The notes under the pieces are model-generated. The model did not search any database. It was not told the DNA's origin and worked only from the letters and a program-made list of their open reading frames with translations. The translations under genes were made by a program, and so were the position numbers. A stretch of 60,688 nt of DNA, the filler included, from Asterionella formosa (lineage: Eukaryota), in NCBI GenBank assembly GCA_002256025.1. It is 4 parts of 4 records of this genome, joined end to end, with 100 filler letters (N's around TTAATTAATTAA, not from the genome) between each part and the next. Parts side by side here need not be neighbours in the genome. Positions count along the whole stretch, not along the records: positions 1 to 15,110 come from NKIB01005586.1; 3 more parts are not named here. One strand, 5' to 3'. This document shows, piece after piece, positions 1-10,860 of the stretch (its first letter is position 1; each line of letters opens with the position of its first letter).

Positions 1-1068
1 GATCTTGCATGTCTGTGTTGACTCATGGCAAATCAAGAATTAAGCAGGTATGTCAGCTATATATTCCATACTGCTACATAATACGCGTAGTTTTCCTACA
101 TGGTTTTAGTAATGGAAAATTATCGAAATAGTCTGGAGGGAAGCCTGGAGGGATATGCACATGATTGTAGCCAGCCCGTAACCGTTGAATTTTCGTGATA
201 CTTTTTGGGTGATACAATTTCATTTTTATTTTTGTGGAGAATGGATTTTTTCGGTTTAAATCGAGTAGCCGTTACATGATACTTTTTCAAAAAAAATGAT
301 ACCAAATCGAAAATGGTAAGAACGACCCTAAGACACATGATTTGTACTAATATACTACATTAGTACACCGACTGGCTTCACATGGGAAGGTCCGGTGGAA
401 GATGGTTTTTACTATATACTGCCCCCGTTACCAGGTATTTACTCAAAGACTGTCAGGTACATACTGCCTGCAAGTTGCAACTCATTTTGCTTATTGCTTA
501 AATAAACATTCGATGTGTCCCATATTTCCTCTAAATAAAAATTACTTAAGAAATTATTTAAAGCCTAAAAATTACTTAGAAGTACCCGAATGGCAAGACT
601 ATAGCTGGAGCGGGAATTGCTGTTTTTCCCGTACGTACTGTTATGAATTATAGGGGGGGGGGTAGAGTACCAGGGTACCTGGTACCAGTACTCCGAGTGC
701 CAGTTATTATGGTCGTTTATACGTAGGAGTACTGGTACCAGGTCCCGATGGTTGTTTGCTTGATGGCTGTTGTTTCCAATGCAGTGCAGGTCTTGCCTTT
801 TCCCCTCATCATTCAGTTACATTGTAGAATAGCTCCTGGTTTTTGCTTTTCAAAAGCTTAGCCGGAACTCTCGGCACGCTTTACCTCCCCACCGTCGCCT
901 TTCGATCTGCTGGAGGGAGATTGCAGCAAGCTGCATGCAAGCAACAGGCAGCAAGTGTCTTTGAAAACATAACTTAACTTTTGTTCCATTCGACAGGAAA
1001 CGCGCCTGTTGAGACAAGCACCACATTTTCCTTGTACATTGTGCAGATCGAACTAAAATCAATCACGT

Positions 1069-4000
1069 ATGAGTTATCCACCAAAAGATACAACACCGAT
1101 TCGGCCAAGACCACAATATCACTACTTCTATGGATCAACGGATAATCAAGCAAGTGATACTCCAGAATCTTCAGTGGCGGGCACCGATGCCGACCCACTT
1201 CTTGGCGAATCGTTAGTTCCCACCGACAATGAAGGGGAAACACCCACCAACAGTGCTCAAGACCTACGACAGCTTTTTATCACTACAACGAACGGCCACG
1301 CTCGTTTTAGCCACGCATACCTACTCGACACCCCAAGCCCGCAAACAGAGAATGAGAGGAGGTCATCGAGATCTCCTTGCCCAAAGTCGATATGGATAAT
1401 ATGTGGGGAGCATTTTATCAAACTAAGAGGAAATCATCGGGTTGGACAGGTAACGAGGGCCCTAGTCATTCTCGTCACTGCTATAAGCATGTGTACTCTA
1501 ATTATGGTTTTAGTTCCTTCTTCCCCCGACGGGGCAGCAGGCGGAAGCACCGACAAATCAGGAGCAACAACTGCGTCTATACCATTTCGGGTAATAGACC
1601 GAGCAAACTACAATGATCCAGCTGCAATGATTGTAAACCTCAGCTTATTCGATACATCCATACTTTTCGTAGCCGGCAAGCAAGTGGGCTCAAGTGCATT
1701 CCTACGCTCCATCACTGGAATTGACCCCATTCTACGGGTTCCGTTTCCGACCGGTGCATTCTGGACAAATCTTGTCATGGAACCAGATCAAGATGGACTT
1801 TCAGATCCAATTGTCGCGTACCCATACGCTTTCAAGTGGGCAGATTCCTTTCTCCAAGCATCGTACCCAGCTAGTCGACGAATAGTCGACAACAAATCAA
1901 TTCGTGACATATTCCAGCCTGACATAACTTTTGGGACGTTGGAGGCAATTGCCAAGAGGCATGTCATGAAATTCGACCCTCTAAGTGTGACTCTTCGCTA
2001 TTTCTCCAGTACGAATGGTTTCTGGGAAACCTACATAGTGCATGGGTCTCCGTACATAACCGTCAAATACTCGCAAGTACAACCGATTCTGACAACACTT
2101 TCGACATTTCTAAAATTCATGTGTCCCTTCGACTCGGACGGAAACTACAATGATGGCGACGATATAACCTTTGCTGAGTTTGAGGCCAGGCGATTGAAGT
2201 GGGGTGTCTGCACAGTTTCGTCTTCGGTATGTTTGTGAATAGGGTAACTTACTGTTTTCTATCCTCGTATCTTGCTCACATCTGTTGTACCAAGGCGGAG
2301 TCTAAACAGAAAAAAGTTTTGTCAGGCGTCCAGTTCCTGTTGCAAACGCAGGAAGATCTCACTTGGATCCTTTTTGCATCTGAACCGCTTTCTCTTACCT
2401 TTGACAGTGAGCGAAGGGATAGTATCAGTTCGGTTGGGAAGTTTACAGGTGTCTTACGAATTGCATTGATACCACCAACACCTGCAGGCCCACTTCCCAG
2501 CAACGATACGTCATTGCTGCCGATTTCGGAATCATCAGGCTTAAGGCGCCTCGTGTATCACGCTGGGTTATATCCGATTGGCGGAAGCGTTTCGTGGAGC
2601 TTTCATGATTCAGCGTCCATATCGTCGAGCAGTAAAAAAATAATTTCTGGTAGCTCAAGCCGAATAGGTACCGTGCAATTCCAATTCCAGACCGCATTGA
2701 TGACAAGTACAGGAAGTACTCAACTGAGCACGAATGAAAATCAGCTCTTAATGCTGGGCTTACCTCATCATGCTGACGTTTTATCCTCTGACAGCATTCT
2801 GACTATAAAAACATTTGATCTTGAGTATCAATGTATCAAAGGTTTGATGTCACCAGTTGTTGGATCCACCTGGTCATATGACGAGACTTTAACTTCAACA
2901 GGATTTGATACAGAAACTCTAACAGAGTTACATCCCGAAGTGAAAAATATAATTTTGATTTCCTTGAAAAATGACCTCGAAATTGGCCTTCCGTTGCCAT
3001 CAGAAAATTTTTATGAGCATGTGAAGCATCTTGCTCGGTTGGCCCAATTGGCTCATATAGCAAGTATGATGACATATCCCAGGAATATGAACAAAAACCA
3101 GTCTCAAATACTTAACTTTTATCTGGAAACCCTTGACGACGCGAAAACTAAGCTGCACTCGTCGATCCGATCCATCCTAGATAGTAAATTTACCGACACG
3201 CTCTTTTATGATGCCAAGTTTGGCGGAATTGTGAGCAGAAATGGTTTGATGGACAAAAACGACGATTTTGGAAATGGTCGGTAAGTTTTTTGAATGGGAA
3301 GCCGCTTCTCCTGCTCGGTTTGTCTCGCTTGCAGCTGCCTAACTGAAAACTTGTTCGCGTACATGAAGCTACAATGATCATCACTTTCATTATGGGTAAG
3401 TCCAGTAGCAAAATCTTGTTTGTTGTTGCATTGCGCTACGATATCATTTTTCCTAACTTACTTCGCAGCTACCTTCTATACGCATGTGCGGTGATGGGAT
3501 CGCTTAATTCAACCTTTGTTTCAGTATATGGATCATTTGTTGACAACATCCTTTTTGATGTTGCTTATCATGGAAATGGTGACTCCGCTTCGGTGGATGA
3601 CATTTTTTTTCCACTTGCCCGACATAAATCGTGGTTCGATGGTCACTCGTTTGCATCGGGATTATTTCCCTTAACAAATGGAAAATCACAAGGAGGCTCG
3701 AGTGAGGCAGTCAATTGCTATTATGGCGCTTTTCTATGGTCCTCAATCCGCAATTCGAATTCAGTGGTCGAATCAGCCGATCTAACTGATTATGCAAGGC
3801 TTTTGTTGGCAACAGAGATACGCGGAGCCAAAAAATACTGGCACATGAACCCGCCAGTAACAACGACTTTGAACAAAACATTGGCGCTAGGGCCACGAGA
3901 TGATATGTTTTCTGACAATTACATGGTTGGGATCCTGGGAATGCTAGACTCAGTGGCTTCCCCATCTCGCGGAATGGAACAGTTACAACTGCAAATTAAT

Positions 4001-4438
4001 AACTTTATGCCTGTGACGGCCATTTCCAATGAACTCTTTGACAAGGCCTACGTCGAGAAAGTATATGCAAATGCCATTATGCCATTACATTCTAACATTT
4101 CAAGTGACTGGATGGGTTATATAGTGTGTGAGCATGGTATTATTGACCCATCACTTGCATGGCTAGAGGCAAAGGAATTGGTGAGTGCAGAGTTAGACTC
4201 CGCCCTTAGCAAAAGCCAGGTCCTGTACTGGGTCAGCTCCCACAGCGAGTTTGCCTACATCAGCAATGATGATGATACCCATTCAAGGGACACGGCAGTC
4301 AATGCGATTCACGTTATTTCTGCTTTGTGTGACGACAATGTTGACTGCGCTGTTATTGGCCTTACAGGATTTTGTTGTCCCACCGGTGAAGGCATTATTC
4401 TCGGGTGCTGCAATTCATATCGAAGATATCCGAGCTAG
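1069..4438 (+). CDS. GH81 endo-beta-1,3-glucanase-family protein, type II membrane-anchored, with C-terminal Cys-rich module. Exons 1069-2226, 2295-3280, 3369-3395, 3469-4438
   Basis: Three ORFs join through GT-AG introns 2227-2294, 3281-3368 and 3396-3468 with consistent phases. Splicing restores DFGNGRYNDHHFHYGYLLYA. Other GH81 motifs: PFPTGAFWTN, VHGSPYIT, LPHH, IKGLM, FPLARHKSWFDGHSFASGL, SSEAVNCYY. Hydrophobic segment ALVILVTAISMCTLIMVLVP lies near the N-terminus. Confidence 0.92.
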
Positions 4439-7138
4439 GTTATAATTTGTGATGTGGACCATATAGTGTTTCTGATATTATGATACCAGTTAAAATGCTG
4501 TCATGCATTTTCTTGTGGCATCTTGTCAGGTTGAGTCAGGGAATTGTTCAATCCTGTTGGGGCTTGGTCTAATGTTTCCCCAGGTGCTTGTATGAACTAG
4601 TGGTGATAATTTTGTAATAGCTTGCCATCAGGTTGCTTGCGCTGTTTATTCTGTCAAATTCATGTCTTGGGATATAAATGAGTCAAAGCATAGACGGTTG
4701 TATGCAGAGACCATGTTTTTATTGAGACTCTTGCCTTCTGTAGGTGGAGGGACATGGTCATTATGGTTCCAGGTGTCATAATACTAACTACTGAGTTTCA
4801 GCTGCATTCAGCAATGTGTACTTTATTTTTCTACTATCATAGTACATGCACAGAAAGTGAACCTAGAACCAAAGCAAATCCTAATTTCCCAGCTCTTGCC
4901 ATTGGTTGCTTTCAAAACTGATATGCAAACCCGCTTAATTCATTGCTGCATCATCATTAAGCAACAAAAGCAAAAATTGTCACAGCATTTAATCCCAACA
5001 TGGCTTACCTACTCCATAAAATCCAGTGGTAGAGTTAAGTATAGATAGAGAAATATCCGTTTGGAGGATTGAGCTTCTGTGGAGGCCTCGAAGATGCTTG
5101 CTAAAAAGGCAAAAAAAGATGGTGGAAGAGAAGGTAAGCCCACCATTGTAACTGGTATCAAAGCTGTCGTGATCTTTGACATTGGAACATCCTCTAATGA
5201 TCTGTCTTGCTTCGTTTGTACACTTCCTGAACTAAGCACAGTTTGTGATTCCACTTGGAGAAATGCAATATCATTCGGCAATGGAGTCTTGGTTTCTTGT
5301 GATGACCTTTGATCCAGCAATATGTTCAAGGAATATTAAAATTTGGGATTGATGTAGGGGATGGAAGTTATCAGGTGCAGGGATGTGTCTGTCACATGAA
5401 GTGTCCACATCCAAAAATGGGTAATGTCCCCATTCTTTAGGAGGACAAACTCTTCACTATGTATGTTTGAAGAAATTGAATTATCAAATATAGACTGAAT
5501 GTAAATACTAGATCTAATTGTAGCAACTGCACCAGCTGCTCATTCTCATTGCTCAGATTGATTGTTTATAGAAAGAGGGCAACATTTACAGAGTGCATAA
5601 TTTCGGCTCTGTTGTGCTCCTTACCATGTTCCCCAGTGGCCAGCCCAGCCCTCATCAAATTGATTGTCTGCAATCAGTGAACAGCATTCATAGTTCATGA
5701 ACGAACAATTGTTACAAAGGCATCGTTTTCGCTGTGGTTATCATACTACTCCCTGATTCCCAGCAAGACCCTCGGTCAACAGATTGATTTTCTGTTGACA
5801 AAGAATAGCATTCGCAGAGTAAGTTCATGATTGACAAAGTAACAAGCACACAATCAAGCCCTTCTTCTACTTCATGAGAAACAAGCAATACAGGAGTTAA
5901 CACTTCTTCTGAACAAAGACTAAGAAGAATGGAAGAGGAGATCCGTCCCACAACAACAGCTAACAATATCAACAAAAGGCAAGAAAACATTGCACTTGCT
6001 TCTTACCATGTATATATTCATCGCATTTCCAGGGGAATCTTTTCGACAATGAATAAAAATGATTGATAGCCTGCCTGACACAGTAACATTTCTTCATTCT
6101 TCCCAAGGTTCAACCCTGCCCTGAAAAAAACAGCTTGCTTGCCTGTAGAAAAAGAACAAGGTTTTCAGAGTAATTTCATGACTGACTGTTACAATTCCCA
6201 ACGCAAGATGAAGAATGAAATGGAGGTAGAGGAACTGAGCTGCCTACAACAACAATCAAAAATAATTCCGAAAGCAAGACGATGAACACGACAGGACACA
6301 GCAACAATCATAAGAAGAACAACAGCAATGAAACACAGGACCTTTTCCATTTCACAAAATATTGACTGCTTACCATACTATTTTTCTAGAACTTTCAAAT
6401 GTATCCTTTCTGTGATGACAACAAGGAAAAACAAAATAATTATTGCCTGCCTATTCCTTCCAGAACCGGCACACGATAGAGCCATTGTTATCTGGCAGCG
6501 AAGAACAAGATTCATATAATAAGTAAGATCATATCCTAGTCAAATAGATAGAATCAAATAACCGCTAGCGTTTAGTACACGATTTCAATTGTAGCTTCTG
6601 CATTTGTTCAGATATAACAGAAACAGTAAAATCGGAAACCCACTAGTGTTTTCAACAACAAAGACAATATCTCGTCAATGCCTTTTCTTCGCATTGAAAC
6701 GCGTCCCTATTCGTATATATGCGCCATTCTAAAATGCTTCATTGTCTACAAGGGATCAGGCCCAAAAACAAAAATTGATTTATAATTCGCTTTAAGTCTG
6801 TTTAGAAAAGTCGGAAGTGATCGTCATTGTCACATCGTTGTTTCCATCACTAAGTCACCATACTCAGAGAAAATTTTAAACATGTATGCAATAGATGCTG
6901 ACTCGACGATGAGAAAAAGTGGGTTTGTGCTTGATACATTCTAAGTTCTAGTAAACACGGAATCCTACTTTTAGGAAACTTTGGAAAAAAGTTACCTAAT
7001 AAGCACCAAACGCTTATATACTATCAACTTAAGGTTGCGGCCCCCCAGTCACACATTGCAAGGTCTGCTCTTTTCAAAGTTTATTCAAATGATGTACTCA
7101 GAGTAACAGTCATTGATCAAAGTACCGGTAGGAGTATA

Positions 7139-8982
7139 CCGTATACTACATTGTCCTGGACCCCCCTTAACATTTTTTTCGAGGTGGAACCAAACACCCA
7201 ATAATTTTCTTGTCATAGACAAAGTAACGTGCTATAATTCTTTTTGTCCTCGTATAATTATTTAGCTACGATTTTGCGATTCTTTTGTACATACAAAACA
7301 CCAGAGAAGACAGGTAGTGGCTGTGAGCAGCTGGAGAATCCTTCATCATATTGTCACAACCTTGACCATGACGAAAATACGAATTATCTCCACGAAATTA
7401 GAGAACGAAGCTTTGCTACTTGCTACCTGTATTAAGGTTGCTGCATTTGAACCCCTAGCTCGAGGTAGGGTTTATAAAATAGTATTGAGTCAGACTAATC
7501 AAACATATGCTTTCAACATATAAATCAAATATGTATAACGCTAAACGGAGCTTTCACCTATAGACACCCTTTCCGTATGCTTACATACAGTCTTCGGACA
7601 AAGTAGGGGTGTAGGTCCACTCAATATATCGTCAGTATATAGGATCTGGTCAGAAACTGCAGAAAGGAACTTCGGTTTTTTAACTAGGCTAAAAAGACTC
7701 GAAAATTCGGGGGAAATCTGTTTGTTTGGCATAGTAAAAAAGCGAAGTGCCTTTCTGCAGTTTCTCGCCAGAAAGTTAAAAAATGATGCTCTTTGAAAGT
7801 TACCTAGCTATGTATCGAAATCGCCGTCAGACCCAGCCAACGTTTAGCTATCGTCGTCCAAAAACTCGACAAAATCGGCCTTTTCTACAGTCGCCAAAAT
7901 ATTGGAATCAGAATTATTAAGTGCCGAAACGTCATCATCGGAATGGTAGTCGTGTGTCGGAATTTTGAGTCCTAAAATCTCCTGTCCAAAAAGTTCCATT
8001 GCAAGTGCCCGCTTCCACGTATATAATATGATTGGTGAATGTGAATTACATTCCTCTGTTTGATTGGCGTGGTTTGCGAGGTCTTGCAAACCCACGCCGG
8101 TCACATTGGATAAACATGCAACATTTTCTTGAGTGTACTGAAAGTCCGGTGCTATATTCACGACGGGTACCTGGTACCAGTAGATGATCATCATTGGACA
8201 TACACGTACCGCTCCTTGAGTGCACTTTCAAATATTTGCTGAGCCGCCGGGTCGTATACATGACACATAGTCGTCGATCGGAGTATAGATTGTAGTACTC
8301 ATGTATGCACATGAAGCGATGTAGAATCTAAATTATTATATATATATAATAAACGATTTGGATATGTCTAACGGATTCAATGGATAGCATATGAAATCGT
8401 TAAACGGAGTATAGAGTGTCCATGCATATATGTTGATCGCATTTTTGGGGTATATATACACACAGCGACTAAGAGTGTTTATATATATATTTCGCGATTT
8501 CGACAAGGAATCTATGTACGTATTCGCAAATTTCCACTGATTTAAATATTTCAAATGGAATCACGTCCTTCAAAAATAGCTAATTAAATTCGTAATTCCA
8601 GGGAATTTTGTCAACCCTAATCAATATTAAATTTTTGCCTAGGGTTTCAAATACAGGAACCTTAAGAACGACATGGAAAAAACAATCGTAAAAGAAGTAA
8701 ATTAATAATACAAAAAATGACAACGGAAATTGAGATCGACAATAACAACATGAAGTCGCGTTTTTCTTGCGAGGTGAAGAACTCTCTCATTTTTCACATC
8801 ACGGAAATAAATGTCATATTAATATATCTTAGAAAATGTGCGCTATCCTGTAATATAATGAAATTTACTTATTTCCGGTATTAGGGAAATATCTTCATTG
8901 TCCTGGGCCCCCTTAAGTAAAATCAGTCAAATTCAGTCATGGCAGTGTACATTGGGGGGTCCAGGACAATGAAGTATACGGG
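7139..8982. mobile_element. Non-autonomous pogo/Tc2-like DNA transposon (TIR CCGTATACT[A/T]CATTGTCCTGGACCCCCC, TA flanks)
   Basis: Left TIR at 7139 is preceded by TA. The inverted copy GGGGGGTCCAGGACAATGAAGTATACGG at ~8954-8981 is followed by (G)TA. The left ~100 bp match the end of the element at 59685. A subterminal TIR-like copy sits at 8893-8912. Confidence 0.8.
7436..8661. mobile_element. TTAA-flanked non-autonomous DNA transposon (Kolobok-like GG...CC termini) nested in the pogo-like element
   Basis: TTAA at 7432-7435 and 8662-8665. TIRs GGTTGCTGCATTTGAACCCCTAG and CTAGGGTTTCAAATACAGGAACC match at 20/23. Internal 7870-8200 is a diverged direct copy of 9228-9540, the tail of the adjacent transposase relic. 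Confidence 0.72.
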
Positions 8983-9439
8983 TAGCCTACATGGATTAAC
9001 AGTATTATTCTGGCCAGAAACTGCAGAAAAAACTTTTTTTACTATACTGAAAATGGTGGATTTTACCTGGCCAACTCAATTATTTCGCCCAGTAAACAAA
9101 AATCCGAAGTTCCTTTCTGCAGTTTCTCACCGAAAATAATTTTCTGGGGCTATATGAAGATTGTCTATGTCCTTCACTCTTCTTCAAAAACCCTGCCAAC
9201 ATTGAGATATTGTCCTCAAAAAATAGACAAATCGGCCTTTTCAACTGTCTCCAAAATCTCGGAATCAGAATCACTTATCGTCAAAACGTCATCATCAGAA
9301 TGTTAGTTTTGTGCTAAAATTTTTAGCCGTTAAATCTCCTGTACAAAAACTTCCATTGTAAGTGCACATTTCATTATTAATATTCTGATTGGTTATTGTG
9401 AATTACTTACCTCTGTTTGATTGGCCTGGGTTGCGCGGT

Positions 9440-10860
9440 CATGCAAACCACCAGTGCTGGTCACCATGGATGCAAATGTTAATTTTTTGGGAGTATGCAG
9501 GTTCTGTATCCACTACTGGTAGCTGATCATCATTGATTGTACGCGTAGCAGTACTAGAATGCAATTTTCTTTCAAAGAATGGACAGAGTGCGTTGCTTTT
9601 CCTTCGATGATCATTTCGGTTGCAATGTTTACATTGACCAATTATTGTGTTGACTTTTCTTGCAGTCTCATGACTTTCTGTTGGCGCCACACCAGAACTG
9701 TAAGTCAAACCTGATTTTTTGTCTTGCCTTTCTTGTTTGATAGTTTCAAATCGTGGGGCATGTATTTTTTCGTTTCGTTTCCTTTTCCGTTTGAATTTGG
9801 CTTCTTTGTAGGCTGCATTGTTATTCTGTCGCTTTTCCTGTCAACTCCAGCAGAATGATTCATGAAGTTGTGACATTTTCATTCCACATTGCTTGTATAA
9901 ATACTTTATGTATTTTATAGCTCTTGTGTTTGCTGCCCAGCAACCAAAGCAACTCGATATTACAGGCCACTGCATCCAGAAGGCCCAAACGCCTTGTTTT
10001 TGGACATTGTTGCGACACTGCATTGTTCATCGCCTCATATCAAGTCAAAGGGTTTGATGCAATGATGGCACCTTTTCGACTTCGACTTTCGTTGCAACAT
10101 GGTGACGCATCAACCATTTTTTTAAATTTTCCCCTTTTCCTTTTTATGATATTTTCCGCTGCTAACATTTTCCCTGCTTTACAAGACAACATATCTCAGA
10201 GCAGTAGTAAGGCAGCCAAACAAGTGGTTGATTGGTGCCATGGAGGATTCAGTAAATACGGCCAGTTGGGGTTTTTTCTTGATCCAGGCCCCGTAACAAA
10301 TCTTTAGTCGGAGGCAATCTGCTTTTGAAGGACGTTCGAGGGAGACCGGACCATTGGTTTCAGAAATGCAGGGCGGAGATGGGTCAGGCAAAAATTTAGG
10401 TTTGGGTATATTCAGTGGAAGGCATCCTTTGTCCGATTTTCTAAATCCTTTCAATGATCTTGGCCATTGAACAAAGGATGGCTGTAGATTTAATGTCTTC
10501 TTCTTATAGGACCATTTAGAAAAAATACTAGCCAATAGTAAAATCATCATCACAAATGATAATTGTAGAGTTGATAGCATTGTTCTTAGCAACTGCATCA
10601 ATCATCATTTCCACACTGGCATCTAGTTCCTTCATTGCCTTCAAACTACCAAATGTTCCTTGCTTGGTTTCTTGTACCATAGTATAGCCCTGTCGCACAC
10701 ATTACAGACCATAAATTTCACACAATAGTCTACTATCATTTTCGTGTCGTAGCCTCCAATACAAAAAGCATGTCCACTTACCGAATTGTACTTACTCCCA
10801 CTGGATCGCTGCTGCTACCAGCCCATATCGTAACTAACGGTGAGTACCACCACTGAAAAT
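9440..10860 (-). pseudogene. Degenerate DDE transposase of the PF20700 'Mutator-like'/Kolobok type
   Basis: Minus-strand translation across stops and frameshifts gives VSYDMGW*QQRSSGSKYNSVSGHAFCIG, GSLKAMKELDA, IICDDDFT, KFLPDPS, DCLRLKICYG, APINHLFG and a C-terminal CKHCNRNDHRRKSNALCP knuckle. Confidence 0.7.

Noticed and set aside
4500..7050. Short ORFs and a TTAA-GGTTGC start at ~7029 resembling the Kolobok-like TIR
   Set aside because: The match is only about 10 bp and no partner TIR or assignable protein was found.
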